From the human T2T-CHM13v2.0 reference genome, Homo sapiens, in the NCBI RefSeq assembly GCF_009914755.1, contig NC_060930.1: DNA of 64,000 nucleotides. The stretch is one strand, 5' to 3'. The stretch's first letter is position 1, and each line of letters begins with the position of its first letter. Of the stretch, positions 25,184 through 38,703 are shown piece by piece. A program made the translations under genes and the position numbers. A model generated the notes under the pieces. The model had not been told where the DNA came from. It worked only from the letters and a program-made list of their open reading frames with translations, and did not search any database.

Positions 25184-28100
25184 CCGCATGGACGTTTGAA
25201 CTGGCAGGGGCATCTTCCCAGAGATTAGACAGAGATGGGGCTTCAGCAGGCACCAAGCCAGGGACCTTTGTGTGCGGGAGAGCTCCGGTTGAGCTCCGCT
25301 ATGGATGCCCATCCCAGGGCTCTCTGTCACTCTGAGAGGCTCTGTCCTCAGCTAACCACAAGAACGGGAGATAGCAGAGCCAGTTTCCCCGCGGGAATGG
25401 GGCACGAAGGTCCTGCAAGGCCCGCCTGCCCGCCAGTCCCTCCCAGGGCTCCCGCCTGGCCATCCCACAGAAATATAGACACTGCGCATGCTCTACTGCC
25501 CGGCCTGGGTGCTTTGTTCCGACTGAAGGAATTTTGGCAGCCTGGAATCCTTTTGGATCCCCCAAAACACCCAGAACCCAACCCTGAAGGTCCAGAGAAG
25601 GGAGAAGCCCCAAGCAAGTCCTGGTGTTTCAGGGCTGCAGCCTGCAGCTAAGGAGTGCTGGGGATGTCTGCAAGCACTGGAGCCAGGGAGAAGCTCACAT
25701 ACACAGAAAACTAAGAGGGATGAGTTATGCAAGTTCGCGGGCTGGTGTGAGGTTTGGGCATGGCTCCCTCCACTGTTCTGGTCTGGTAAGCGAGCGGCCT
25801 ATTTCCCTGCTGGACCTCTTATAGGGGCAGCCCCTCAGCCTGAAACCCTAACAACAACATCAAGGACAACAAAAACGCAGGCATAGTGCCAGTGATCAGA
25901 GGTGGCTTCCTCAAGGCTGAGGAGTGGATCTGGTGAGCGCGTCATCTCTCTCCACCTGGCACCGCAAAGTGCAGCTGCAAATGCAAGGATACACAAAGGA
26001 GCCACGCAGCTGAGGGACAGTCCGTCTACCGCCCATTGTTGTCAAGCACCATCTACAGGACGCAGCGCAAACTACAATAACAAAAAAACGAATTATTCCT
26101 TAGCAAAACCAAGGGCAAGAAATCAACAACAGAGACCCTAGACAAAGCCTTAATCCTGTGAAAACTTACAGAAATAAAGCCAACTCAATATATATTCAAT
26201 TTACGCAACAGTTGAATGAAGACCAACCTTCCCAGATAAGAAAGAATCAGCACAAGAACTGCGGCAATTCAAATAGCCAGTGTCCCCTTAACTCCAAAAG
26301 AACCCATTAGCTCCTCAGCGATGGTTCTTAACTAGGCTGAAACGAATGAAATAACAGACATAGAATTAAGAATATAGATGGAAAGGAAGCTCATGGAGAT
26401 GCAGAAGAAAAGTTGAAGCCCAATCCAAGTAAGCCAAGTAATTCAGTAAAATGATTCAAGAGCTGAAAGATGAAGTAGCCATTTTAAGAAAGACCCAAAC
26501 TGAACTTCTTCAGCTGAAAAATTTATAAGAATTTCATAACACAATTGGCAATAATTAACAGCAAAACAGACCACGCTGAGGAAAGAATCTCAAGCTCAAA
26601 AGCCAGTTCTTCAAATCAGCTGTCAGACAAAAATAAAGAAAAAAAGAATTTTTTAAAATGAACAAAACCTTCTAGAAATACAGGATTATGTAGAGACCAA
26701 ATCTATGACTTATTGGCATCCCTGAGAGACAAGGAGAGAAAATAAGCAACTTGGAAAGTATATTTGACGATATAATCCATGAAAATTTCCCTAATCTTGC
26801 TAGGGAGGTTGACATGCAAATTCAAGGAATACAGGAATCTCATCTGGATAGCATACAAGATGACCATCCCCAAGGCATATATTCATCAGACTCACCAAGG
26901 TCAACACAAAAGAAAAAATCTTAAAGGCAGCTACAGAGAGAGGTGAAGTCGCATACAGAGGGGACACCATCAGACTGGCAGCAGACCTCCCAGCAAAAAC
27001 CTTACAAGCCAGAAGAGATGTGGGCCATTTTCAGAAACCTTAAAGAAAAGAAATTTCGACTAAAAATTTCATACCCCACCAAACAAAGCTTCATAAGTAA
27101 CGGAAAAATAAAACTCTTCTCAGATAAGCAAATGCTGAGAGAATTCATATCAACTAGAAGAGCTTTCCAAGATGTCCTTAAGGGAATGCTAAACATGAAA
27201 TCGAAAGAATGATACCTGCTGACACAAAAACTAACTTAAACACATAGCTTACAGACATTATAAAGCAACTACACAACCAAGTCTACATAAAAATTAACTA
27301 ACAACAAGATGACAGGTTCAAAATCTCACATATCAATACTAACCCTGAATGTAAATTGGCTAAACACCCCTCTTAAAAGAAACAGAGAGGTAAGCAGAAT
27401 AAAAAAACAAGACCCAACCATCTACCATCTTCAAGAGAGTAATGTCACATGTAATGATACTCAGAGGTTCAATGTAAAGGATTGAAGAAAGATTTATCAT
27501 GCAAATGGGAAAAGAAAGCAGGAGTCACTATTCTTATATCAGATAAAATGGACTTTAAATGTTTTACAGTTAAGAAAAACAAAGAAGAGGATTAGATAAT
27601 AATAAGTGGTACAATTCAAAAAGAGGACTGAATTATCCTGAATACGTATGCACGCAACATTGAAGCACCCACATTCATAAAACAAGTTATTCTTGACCTA
27701 TGAAAAGATTTAGACAGCCACACAATAATAGTGGGAGGTGTCAACACCCCGCTGGCCGCATTAGATAGATCATGGAGGCAGAAAACTAACAAAGACACTC
27801 TGAATTCTAATGCAACACTTGCCCAATTGGACCTACAGACACCTACAGAACACCCTACTTAGCAACCACACTATATGCATTCTTCTCATCTGCACACAGA
27901 ACATATTCTGAGATTGACTACATGCTAAGTCATAAAGCAATTCTCAATAAATTTAAAAAAATCAAATCATAACCAACACAGTCTTGGATCACAGTGCAAT
28001 TAAGACAGAAACCAATTTCAAGAAGATCTCCCAAAACTACACAAATACTTAAAAATTAAAAGTCTTCCTCCTGAGTAACTCTTGGGTGAACATCAAAATA

Positions 28101-31100
28101 AGGACACTAAGAGGAAAGTTTGTAGCACTAAATGCCTTCATCAGGAAATTAGAAATATCTCAAATTAACAATCTAATTTGCACCTAAAGGAACTAGAAAA
28201 AAAAGAAAGCAATTTATAAGCTAGCAGAATAAAAGAAACAACTAAAATTAGAGAAAAACTGAATGAAATTGAGACAGAAATCCATGCAAAAGAACGAGTT
28301 GGCTTTTCAAAAGAATAAACAAAATTGATAGAAACCCTAGCTAGATTAACAAAGAAAAATGAAGAGATGATCCAAATAACACAATCAGAAATGACAAAGG
28401 CAATATTATGACTGATCCCACTGACAAACAAAAGATCCTGAGAGACTGCTATGAACTCAATGCACACAAATTAGAAAATCTAGAGGAAGTGGATAAAATC
28501 CTGGATGCACACTATCTCCCAAGATTGAATCAGTAAGAGGTTGAAACCAGGAATGTACCAATATCAACTTCTGAAACTGAATAGGTAACAAAGAAACTAC
28601 CAAACAATAAAAGCCTTGGGTCAGATGGATTCACAGCTGAATTCTACCAGACATACAAAAAAGAACGGGTACCAATCATATTGAAACTATTTCAAAAAAT
28701 TGAGGAGTAGGAGATCCTCCCTACCTCATTCTGTGAAGCCAGCATCAACCTGATACCAAAATCTGGCAGAGATAGAGTGAAAAAAGAAAACTTCAGGCCA
28801 ATATCGCTGATGAACATAGACACAAAACTCCTCAACAAAATATTAATAAACCAAGTCCAGCAGCACATCAAAAAGTTAATATACCACAATCAAGTAGTCA
28901 TTATTCCTGGGATGCAAGGCTGGTTCAACCTACATAAATTAATAAATGTGATTCACCATATATACAGAGTTAAAAGCAAAAGCCATATGATCATCTCAAT
29001 AGTCATGAAAAAAGCTTTCAATAAAATCCAACACACCTTCATGATAAAAACCCTAAAGAGATTAGACATTGAAGGAACGTATCTGAAAATAGTAAGAGCC
29101 ATATATGACAAACACAACCAACATCATACTGAATGGGAAAAGCTCAGATCATTCCTCTGGAGAATAGGAAAAAGACAAGGATGTCTACTTTCACCACTCC
29201 TATTCAGCATAGTACTGGAAGTCCTAGCAAGAACAATCAGGCAAGGAAAAGAAATAAAAGGCATCCAATTAGGAAAAGAAGAACTGAAACTATTTCTCTT
29301 CACTGACAATATGATCCTACTCCTTGATAATCCTAAAGGCTCTGCCAAAAGGCTTCTAGAATGTAGAATTAATAAATGACTTTGGTAAAGTTTCAGTATT
29401 AAAAAAATCAAAGAAATCAGTAGCATTTCTACACATGAACAACATACATGCTGAGAGTGAAATCAAGAACACAATCCCACTTATAATAGCATAATAGCCA
29501 CATAGCAAATGAAATACCTAAGAATATGTCTAACCAAGGAGGTGAAAGATCCCTACAAAAGGAACTACAAAAAAAAAAAAAAAAACTGCTGAAAGAAATC
29601 AGTGATAACACAAATAAATAGAAAAGCATTCCATGCTCATGGATTGGAAGAATCGATATCATAAAAATGGCCACACTATAGATATATAGATTCAGTGCAA
29701 TTCTTATAAAACTAACAACATCAGTTATTCACAGAATTAGGAAAAACTATTTTAAAATTCTTATGGAATCAAAAAAGAGCCTTAATAGCCAAAGGAATTT
29801 TTCAGCAAAAGGAACAAAGCAGGAAGTATCATACTATCCAATTTCAAACTATACTATAAGGCTACAGTAGCAAAATTAATGTGGTACAGATACAAAAACA
29901 GACACATAGAACAATGGAACAGTAAAAAAGTCAGAAATAAAGCTGCACACATATAAACATCTGATCTTTGACAAGGCCAACACAAATAAGCAATGGGGAA
30001 AGTACTCCCTTATTCAATAAATGGTGCTGGGATAACTGACTAGCCGTGCGCAGATCAAAGCTGGACCCTTACCTTTCACCATATAAAAAAATTAACTCAA
30101 CATGGATTAAATATTTAAATGTAAGACCTCAAATTATAAAAAATCCTAGAAGATAATCTAGGAAATACTCTTATGAACATTGGCCCTGGCAAATAATTTT
30201 TGGCTAAGTCTTCAAAAGCAATTGCAACAAAACCAAAAATTGACAAGTGGAATCTAATTAAACTAAAGAGCTTCTGCACAGCAAAGGAAACCATCAACAG
30301 AGACAATGTACAGAATGGGAAAAGATATTTGCGAACTATTCATTTGTCAAAGGCCTAATATCCAGACTCTATAAGGAACTTAAAGAATTCAACAAGCAGA
30401 AAACAACCCCATTAAATATCAGGCAAAGGACATGAACAGACATTTCTCAAAAGAAGACATACAAGTGGCCCACAAACATATAAAAAAATGCTGAGCATCA
30501 CTAATCATGAGCGAAATGCAAATGAAAACCACAATGAGATACCATCTCACCCACTCAGATTGATTATTATTAAAATGTCAAAAAATGAAAAACACTGGCA
30601 AGGCTTCAGAGAAAAGGGAATGCTTATACAGTGTTGGTGGAAATAAAATTAGTTCAGTCACTGTGGAAAGCGGTCTGGAGATTTCTAAAAGAACTTAACA
30701 CAGAGCTACCATTTGACCCAGCAATCCCAATACTGGGCATATAACTTAATGAAAATAAGTAAGTAAACCAAAAGACACATGCACTTGTATGTTCACCACA
30801 GCACTATTCACAGTAGTAAAAACTTAGAATAAACCAAGGTGCCAATCAAAAGACTGGATAAAAAAATATGGTACATATGCACCATGAATATTATGCAGCC
30901 ATAAGAAAGAATGACATCATGTCCTTTGCATCAACATGGATGCAATTGGAGGCTATAATCTTAAGCAAAATAAGGCAGAAACACAAAACCAAATAATGCA
31001 TGTTATCTCTTATGAGTGGAAGGTAAACACTGAGCACAGATGGATATAAATATGCGAACTAAAGACACTATGGACTACTAGAGTGGAAAGGGAGGGAGGG

Positions 31101-31248
31101 AGCTGAAAAACTGTCTATTGGGTATTATGCTCACTACTTGGGTGATGGGATCCATTCCTCAAACTTTAGCATCATGCAATATTTTCATATAACAAAACTG
31201 CACATATAACCCCTGTATCTAAAATAAAAGTTGAAATTTTTTTAAAAG
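25184..31248 (+). mobile_element. Near full-length old L1PA (approx. L1PA13-16 class), inactive
   Basis: GC/CpG-rich 5'UTR (25184-26150), ORF1 remnants (about 26236-27212, ORF 26943), ORF2 from ATGACAGG at 27309 with an RT segment (ORF 28777-29379 '[13 protein letters not shown]...[10 protein letters not shown]'), and a 3'UTR ending ctgtatctaaaataaaagttgaaa. Many stops and frameshifts. Confidence 0.92.
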
Positions 31249-31509
31249 TTAGGCATAAAGATATCAAGGCTTTTATAGGAGATACTAAACAGATATATTA
31301 ACTATTATATTAACTAATAATACTAAACTAATACATATTGAACAAATTAATGTTGGACGCTGTATCAGGAAACACCAAATATAGCCGTTCAAAGAGGCAA
31401 TTATGTCTTTTGAATCACTCTTTTAAGCTGGGCTTGCAGACATATCTATTTCATTAAAAATTTCTATTTGATTGCCATTGAATTTGAAGCATGCAGAATA
31501 ATTTCCCTC

Positions 31510-31883
31510 TTTTCTTCTTACATATCCACATCCGAATCCTGGAAACAGTGAATGTGTTAATTTACATGGAAAATAATACATTGCTGGTATAAAATAAATT
31601 AAGGATATTGAGATAGATTATTGTGAATTAACCAGTTAGGCACAAGGTAATCACAAAAGTCTTTATAAAAGGAAGATGGAAGAAACCATGAGCCAAGAAA
31701 TTCAGGTGACATCTAGAAACTGGAAAAGTCAAGAAATAGATTCTTCCCTAGAGCCTCCAGAAGGAGCACAGCCCTGCTGACACCTTGATTACAGCCCCTT
31801 GAGACATATTTTGGATTTCTGACCTCCAGAACTATAAGATAACATTTCTGGTAACTTGTTAGAACAGCAATAGAAAACCAATA
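31510..31883 (+). mobile_element. MLT1 (MaLR) solo LTR
   Basis: gattcttccctagagcctccagaaggagcacagccctgctgacaccttgatt...gacctccagaactataaga...acagcaatagaaaaccaata. Confidence 0.8.
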
Positions 31884-32021
31884 GAGGGTTGCCTCAGCTA
31901 TATCTATAGTTATTATTATTTTTATTCATAACATTATTCATCTATGCATTCATTTTGTTTGATTAGTCTTGAGTCATAAATTTTGTTATTGTCATTAAAT
32001 AACAAATATTTAAACTTTTAG

Positions 32022-33480
32022 TTTTTATTTATTATTATTATTATACTTTAAGTTCTGGGATACAAGTGCAGAATGTGCAGGTTTGTTAATAGGTATACAC
32101 TTGCCATGGTGGGTTGCTGCACTCATCAACCCGTCATCTGCATTAGGTATTTCTCCTAATCCTATCCCACCCCTATGCCCCCACCCACCAACAGGCCCCA
32201 ATGTGTGATGTTCCCCTCCCTGTGTCCATGTGTTCTCACTGTTCGACTCCCACTTATGAGTGAGAACATGCGGTGTTTAGTTTTCTGTTCCTGTGTTAGT
32301 TTGCTGAGAATGATGGAGTCCAGCTTCATCCAAGTCCCCGCAAAAGACATGAACTCATCCTTTTTTATGGCTGCATATTATTCCATGGTATTTATGTGCC
32401 ACATTTTCTTTATCCAGTCTATCACTGGTGGGCATTTGAGTTGGTTCCAAGTCTTTGCTATTGTTAACAGTACTGCAATAAACATATGTGTTCATGTGTC
32501 TTTATAGTAGAATAATTTACAATCCTTTGGATATATACCCAGTAATGGGATTGCTAGGTCGAATGGTATTTCTGGTTCTAGATCCTTGAGGAATCTCCAC
32601 ACTGTCTTCAACAATGGTTGAACTAATTTACACTCCCATCAACAGTGTAAAAGCATTCCTGTTTCTCCACATCCTCTCCAGCATCTGTTGTTTTCTGACT
32701 TTTTAATGATCACCATTCTAACTGGTGTAAGATGGTATCTCATTGTGGTTTTGACCAGTGATAATGAGCTTTTTTTCATATGTTTGTTGGTCGCATAAAT
32801 GTCTTCTTTTGAGAAGTGTCTGTTCATATCCTTCGCCCACTTTTTGATGAGGTTGTTAGTTTTTTTCTAGTAACTTGATTAAGTTCCTTGTAGATTCTGA
32901 ATATTAGCCCTTTGTCAGATGGATAGATTGCAAAAATTTTCTCCCATTCTGTAGTTTGCCTGTTCACTCTGATGATAGTTTCTTTTGCTGTGCATAAGCT
33001 CTTTAGTTTAATTAGATCCCATTTGTCAATTTTGGCTTCTGTTGTCATTGCTTTTGGTGTTTTAGTCATGAAGTCTTTGCCCATGCCTATGGGCATGGTA
33101 CTGTCTAGGTTTCCTTCTCGGGTTTTTTATGGTTTTAGGTCTTATGTTTAAGTCTTTAATCCATCTTGAGTTAATTTTTGTATAAGGTGTAAGGAAGGGA
33201 TCCAGTTTCAGTTTTCTGCATATGGCTAGCCAGTTTTCCCAACACCACTTATTAGGTAGGGAATCCTTTCCCCATTGCTTGTTTTTGTCAGGTTTGTCAA
33301 ACATCAGATGGTTGCAGATATGTGGCGTTATTTCTGAGGCCTCTGTTCTGTTCCATTGTTCTATGTGTCTGTTTTGGTACCAGTACAATGGTGTTTTGGT
33401 TACTGTAGCCTTGTAGTATAGTTTAAAGTCATGTGGCATGATGTCTCCAGCTTTGTTCTTTTTACTTAGTATTGTCTTTT
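32022..33480 (-). mobile_element. 5'-truncated L1PA (3' ~1.45 kb)
   Basis: Reverse L1 3'UTR and ORF2 C-terminus (ORFs 32162, 32639, 32824, 33062) with the tail as (TTA)n. Confidence 0.93.
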
Positions 33481-34457
33481 TTGGTTCTTTTTTTCTGTTC
33501 CATTAGTATTTTTTTCCTCTTATTTTTACTATTTCATTCCTCCTCATTCCTTTGACCATGTTCTGGTCCTTTTCCAAGGTCTTAACTAAAACATTTAGCT
33601 CATTACTTTTTACCTTTTCTTTCTTCCTTGTATACTCATTTAAAGCCATGCATTTTTCCCTAAACAATTTTTTGCTACAATATTGATATATAGCAAATAA
33701 ATTTTTAAGCAATTTTAAGTTTTATTATAATTTTTCTTTTTCAAATATATGGAGATTGCTTAATTTATTATTTTCTTACTCAATTTTTAACATTTTATTT
33801 TAAAAATTATAACTCACAGAAAAGTCACTAAATGTTATGATTACCTCCTATATTCCCTTCACCTAAACTCACCAATTGCTCACTTTTTGCACATTTTAAA
33901 TTCACTAACTCCCATCTATATGCATCTCTCTATATATGTATTTGTATATACACACACGTATATGTTTATGCACTTATAAAATACATTTATATTTTTATTT
34001 GCTAAATAATTCAAGAGTTAGTCACAGACATCATAACACTTATCACATCTATTGTAAATAGTTTAGCATGTATCTCCTAAGAACATAGATACTCACATAA
34101 CTCCAATAAAATTTTCCCATTCAAGTAATTTATTTTTTATAAGATACATATTTTTAACGTGCAGTCTGTGTTCAAATTTTCACAGTGGTCTTTATAATGT
34201 TTTAGTTTATCTGAATGAGCACTCAGTAAGGATTACCTGTTATATAGTTGTCATGTCTCCTTATTTTCCATTAATCTAGAATAGTTCCTCTTCCCAGACT
34301 TTCATTGTCATTCATTGTGTTAACAGTTTTGAAGATTCCAGGCCAGTATTTCAGAACATCTTTCCTTTTGTATTTGTCTGATTTTTTTCCCTAATGGATG
34401 AATTCAGATTGAAAAATGTTTAAGGTATTATTACATAGGTGATAAGTCCTACCTACA

Positions 34458-34591
34458 TGATATGGTTTGGCTGTGTCCCCACCCAAATCTCCCCTTGAAT
34501 TGTAGCTGCCATAATTCCTACGTGTTGTGAGAGGGACCTGGTGGGAGACAATTGAATCATTTGGGAGGTTTCCCCCATTATGTGATCGTGA
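34458..34591 (-). mobile_element. THE1 (MaLR) LTR fragment
   Basis: tgatatggtttggctgtgtccccacccaaatctc...gggacctggtgggag; truncated after about 130 bp. Confidence 0.85.
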
Positions 34592-34864
34592 TCTGGCACT
34601 TGTTAATTGGCCAAAATGTGAAGTCCAGCAAAGATTACTTACAATTTCAGTGAATGTTAAAAAATTTCCAGGTAGCAATTTCGGTTTTTGTACATTATTT
34701 CAATTAGCCTTCAGAGCTCATTAAAAATGTTTTTAATTTATAAAAATAAAAAGAAATGTTTCACAAAAATAAGTAACTTCTGTAAATTTGAAGGAAATGT
34801 GACAGTGTTGGAATTTTAATCCCTGTCCATCTAACTCCAAAGCCAGATCGCTTAACTGGAATGT

Positions 34865-35007
34865 TTTTCATTTATTTTATTATACTTTAAGTCCTGGGGT
34901 ACATGTGCAGAACATGCAGATTTGTTACATATGTATACATGTGCTATGGTGGTTTGCTGCACCCATCAACCCGTCATTTACATTAGGTATTTCTCCTAAT
35001 GCTATCT
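34865..35007 (-). mobile_element. L1PA 3'-end fragment
   Basis: tattatactttaagtcctggggtacatgtgcag...ggtatttctcctaatgctatc. Confidence 0.9.
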
Positions 35008-37074
35008 TCTTAATCAAGCCGAATGGTTTCTTGGAAAAGCATATTATAAGAAAAAGCAATGCAAAGTAATATCATTCAAATTTAAGCAGAAGATAGTTAT
35101 TAAATTTGAAACTATTGGAGATTTAGAAATTGTCTTATGTCAAATTTCAGGTTGAAAAAGTCTTTTTTCTCTTACTTTTAAACTTCTTATCCTATTTTTT
35201 TCATCTCTATGTTTGATACCAAACAAACTGGATTCTCTTCACTAGCTATAGGTTAAAGAAATGATCTAGTCAATTAAGAATATGGAATCTAATTATTTTG
35301 AACCTATCAAAACCTCATTATCCTGTGTAATAAAAATGGTAAAAATATTGTGTATATTATCTTTGCTGGTCAAGTAGAGAATAGAATTCCCTTTAGACCA
35401 ATGAAGGAATTCTATTTATTTGTCATACAAATTATTTTTTTACTTTATCCATTAAAAATCTTTATTCTTTATTTCAATAAAAGTGCATGGCAGACTTTTT
35501 AGAAAAGAATAGCAAGATAAATCTAGCAATTCCATAACAGAAAGATCACCGGAAAAAAAGTGTAGATAGATATATTTTTATAAAGATGAAGAACTTCCAC
35601 AATAACTTTTATTTTTGCTTACAAGACTCAGCTGGCTTGTGAGACAGAAAAAGCTAGCTTGAAGTGGAAAAAGCTAATTTATCATCTGTTACCTTTACCT
35701 TAAATCTAGCAGAGCCACATGACATCAAATCTCCCATCCGCCCACATGGATCTCAGTTCATGGATAAGGTAACAAACTCTCACCAAAGTTCTCCATCACT
35801 TCCTTTTCCTTGGAGCCACAAGCTGTGTGCTGTCTCTCTCTAATTACAAAGTTCTAGTACTCACTGCTGATCTTAAATTCACATTTCAGAAGTTCTGGCA
35901 ACTGATACTCAGAGTTTGGAAAAAATGTTTACAGGAAACAAAGAAAGTGGCCAACAATTATATTTCCCTTTGCTTTTTTTTTTCCTCCCCTCACTTTCTG
36001 TAGAGTAAAAGCCTCACAACTATAAAGGACATTAGTGAAAAATTAGGACGATTTGAATATGGGCTGTTTTAGATAATATCCCTTTAATTATTTATGTCTG
36101 TAATTTCTATCCACAATATTTTGTAGCTTGAGATGCCATTTTTGTTGGAATTATTTTTAAATATCTAATAATCTAAAATGTGTCATTTTAAAATTTTGTT
36201 TTCAATTTGATTCTAGTGCCTAGAAATATAATTTACTTTTTGTATTGACTTTATTTAGTGACTTTGCTGAATTGATGTATTAATTCTATTAGTTTCTAGA
36301 TATTAAAAAAGTAGATATCTAATCATGTTACATGTGAATAATGACAGCTATATTTCCTCCTTTCCACTGCTTATACTATTTGTCCTATTCTTAACTTACA
36401 GCACTGGTGCAATCCTCTAGTATAATGTTGTATGGAAGTATTGATAAATTAACATTCTTTGTTTATTTCTGAACTTGGGTGAAAGTGTTCAATAATCCAC
36501 TGTAAAATATGGCATTTGATGTGGCTTTTGGTATAGGTAAAACATTATCAGTTTAAAGTGATTCCTCTGTCCTCATTTTACTGATATTTTTATCATGACT
36601 TAATGTTTTATAACTCCTACAAATCAACAGGATAAAGAGGTACAACCACTAAAAAAAAAAAAAAGAATGTCGCCAAGACTCAAATACAAATTCACAAAAG
36701 AGCATCTCTAATGGCCAGTATCAACATCAATTATGGAAAAGTTATCAACATCATTAATGGAGAGGAAAAAGGAAATAAGACCAAAAGACCAAGATGATAT
36801 GAATTTACACACACAACAGAAGGGCTAAAATTGGAAAAAATGTGGACCAGCTGGAACTGTGGTACACTGCTTATGGGAACTTAAATTGCCCTAATCATTT
36901 TTTGCTGTCAATATCTCTAAAAGATAATAATATAAACAGTTTATGTTGAAACTTCTCTACTCCTAGGTATATAACCATTAATAATGAATGCACACATTAA
37001 TACAATTATAGCAGCTTTATTCATAATTTTCATCTATCCTACCACAGATACATTAAATTATAGTATAGGTATAC

Positions 37075-37667
37075 TGTGAGACCCCTGAAGTGGGGTTCAG
37101 AGTTTGGATCATAAACCAAAATCACAAGATGCAAATAGGGTTATTTAGCTCCAAATTGACACTGGTCAGAGAGCATAGTATTATACATATCAGGAATATC
37201 ATATATAATTTGGACACCCAGATGCTTTTCCCTATGTGCCCAGGTACTGTGTACAGGATATGTTTTGGTTATAAGATTAACCCAAAGCTGAAATGTGTAT
37301 ATGTCACAGCAGCATAAGAAACCTACCAGGTACAAGTAGCCTCAACTTAAATACCTTGTTACCACATAATTTTAAGTGACTAGCTCCCTTTTCTTCATGT
37401 GGCCTTAGTCCACAGGTTGTAAGTCACATAATAACCAAGGCTGCCAGCCAAGGACAAAGCCTAGAGGACATTCTTTAAGTAATACTTAGCACATACCAAG
37501 CCCTGCAAAACCATCACCTATTTTTAGAGTTGATATTTCAAAATGTTTGAATAAGGGGAAAATCTTTAATCTAGGTGAGGTATTAAGACCAACTGCTGAC
37601 CCTTTCCCTCAAGGCCACAATTTAGCCTTTGTTAACACATCCTTGCCACATAAATCCTGGGTATGAC
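37075..37667. mobile_element. Possible ancient solo LTR
   Basis: A ~590-bp segment of higher GC bounded by TGTGAGA... and ...ATGACA (TG...CA termini). Family not recognised. Confidence 0.35.
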
Positions 37668-38356
37668 AAAAATTTCTATAATAGAAATTATATGTGTGAG
37701 CATGCATACACACATATATAATTCTGTTACATTATTTTTTAAAAACTTAAAATTTACTAAGACACCAATAAGTAGCATGATAAGAATCATCTGATAATAT
37801 GTGGAAACATTAAAAACATGAAACAAAGCAAAACAAAACAAAAAAGTTAATCATAATTTCACATTATCGTTATTGCCACAAGCTACAGGGATTTACCATT
37901 CTTCTTTTCCTTCCTCAACCTAGTCTCCCTCTATTCTACCTTTTGAGATTATTCTTGGAAAAAAAATCAGTTATTTTTATTTTCATAATTCTTTCAAAAA
38001 AGAGAGAAAAAGTATAACCAGGAAGTATAAGCAATATGAGAAAGTTATGAGGATTTCATAATCCTTCAAATTTCTTGCAACGATTTTTACTAGTTCAGGG
38101 GTCACATCTCTTATCAACTCTGTCCCCACTCCTGAGTCTCCTCAAAGAATTCTTGATAATACCTCACTAATGACTCATAATATGCTTTTCACACTAAATA
38201 AGGAATTGGCCCCAGAATCTCACTAAACTTAGCGGTCCCATCATGGATTTTCTTCTCCACGCTGCTTCTATTCCAGAGTTCAAATCCCTGCTTTGTATTC
38301 TGATTCTTTCTTCTAAGCAAGCACAATGTTTATAAAAATGTCCAGCTGAAATATAT

Positions 38357-38362
38357 TTTATT
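38357..38362 (-). terminator. Candidate AATAAA polyadenylation signal for DEFB112
   Basis: Minus-strand AATAAA about 115 nt after the stop; a second copy lies at 38369-38374. Confidence 0.5.
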
Positions 38363-38476
38363 TAATTATTTATTCATTATAGGTATGCATGCATGGAAAT
38401 TATAGGTCATTAATGAAGTGATGAAATAATGAGAGGACTTCATTCAGATGTATCATCTTCTTGTGCATGGATTTCT

Positions 38477-38703
38477 TCAATGACGTGAGTCTTTAGGGTA
38501 CCATTCTTGAGTCCCTACTGAGTCCTTTGGGATCCAATTATTTGGGTCCGTAGGGTCACATTCTGTCACGCAGCAATGAGTTGTAGGTCTTGCACAGTAT
38601 GAAATCCTAAATTCACTATCATCACATTGATTTTTACATCGACCTCCAATCGCTGTACATGACTTCCACCTACTAAAGGTGATATGGTGCCCTTCACTTC
38701 TGG
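38477..38703 (-). CDS. DEFB112: Beta-defensin 112 exon 2 (mature peptide with C-terminal extension)
   Basis: Acceptor cttctttcag|CC. Encodes (A)RSEGHHITFSRWKSCTAIGGRCKNQCDDSEFRISYCARPTTHCCVTECDPTDPNNWIPKDSVGTQEWYPKDSRH* with the six-Cys motif. 227 nt. Confidence 0.96.

Noticed and set aside
25144-26141. Cluster of overlapping GC-rich ORFs up to 138 aa
   Set aside because: A by-product of the GC-rich L1 5'UTR; no recognisable protein family.
28777-29379. 200-aa reverse-transcriptase-like ORF, the longest in the window
   Set aside because: A fragment of a dead L1 ORF2 flanked by stops and frameshifts, not a host gene or active element.
35545-35660. Weak resemblance to a defensin signal exon (KFFIFIKIYLSTLFF, gactcagctg)
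   Set aside because: No ATG, poor donor and no promoter block; consistent with chance in T-rich sequence.
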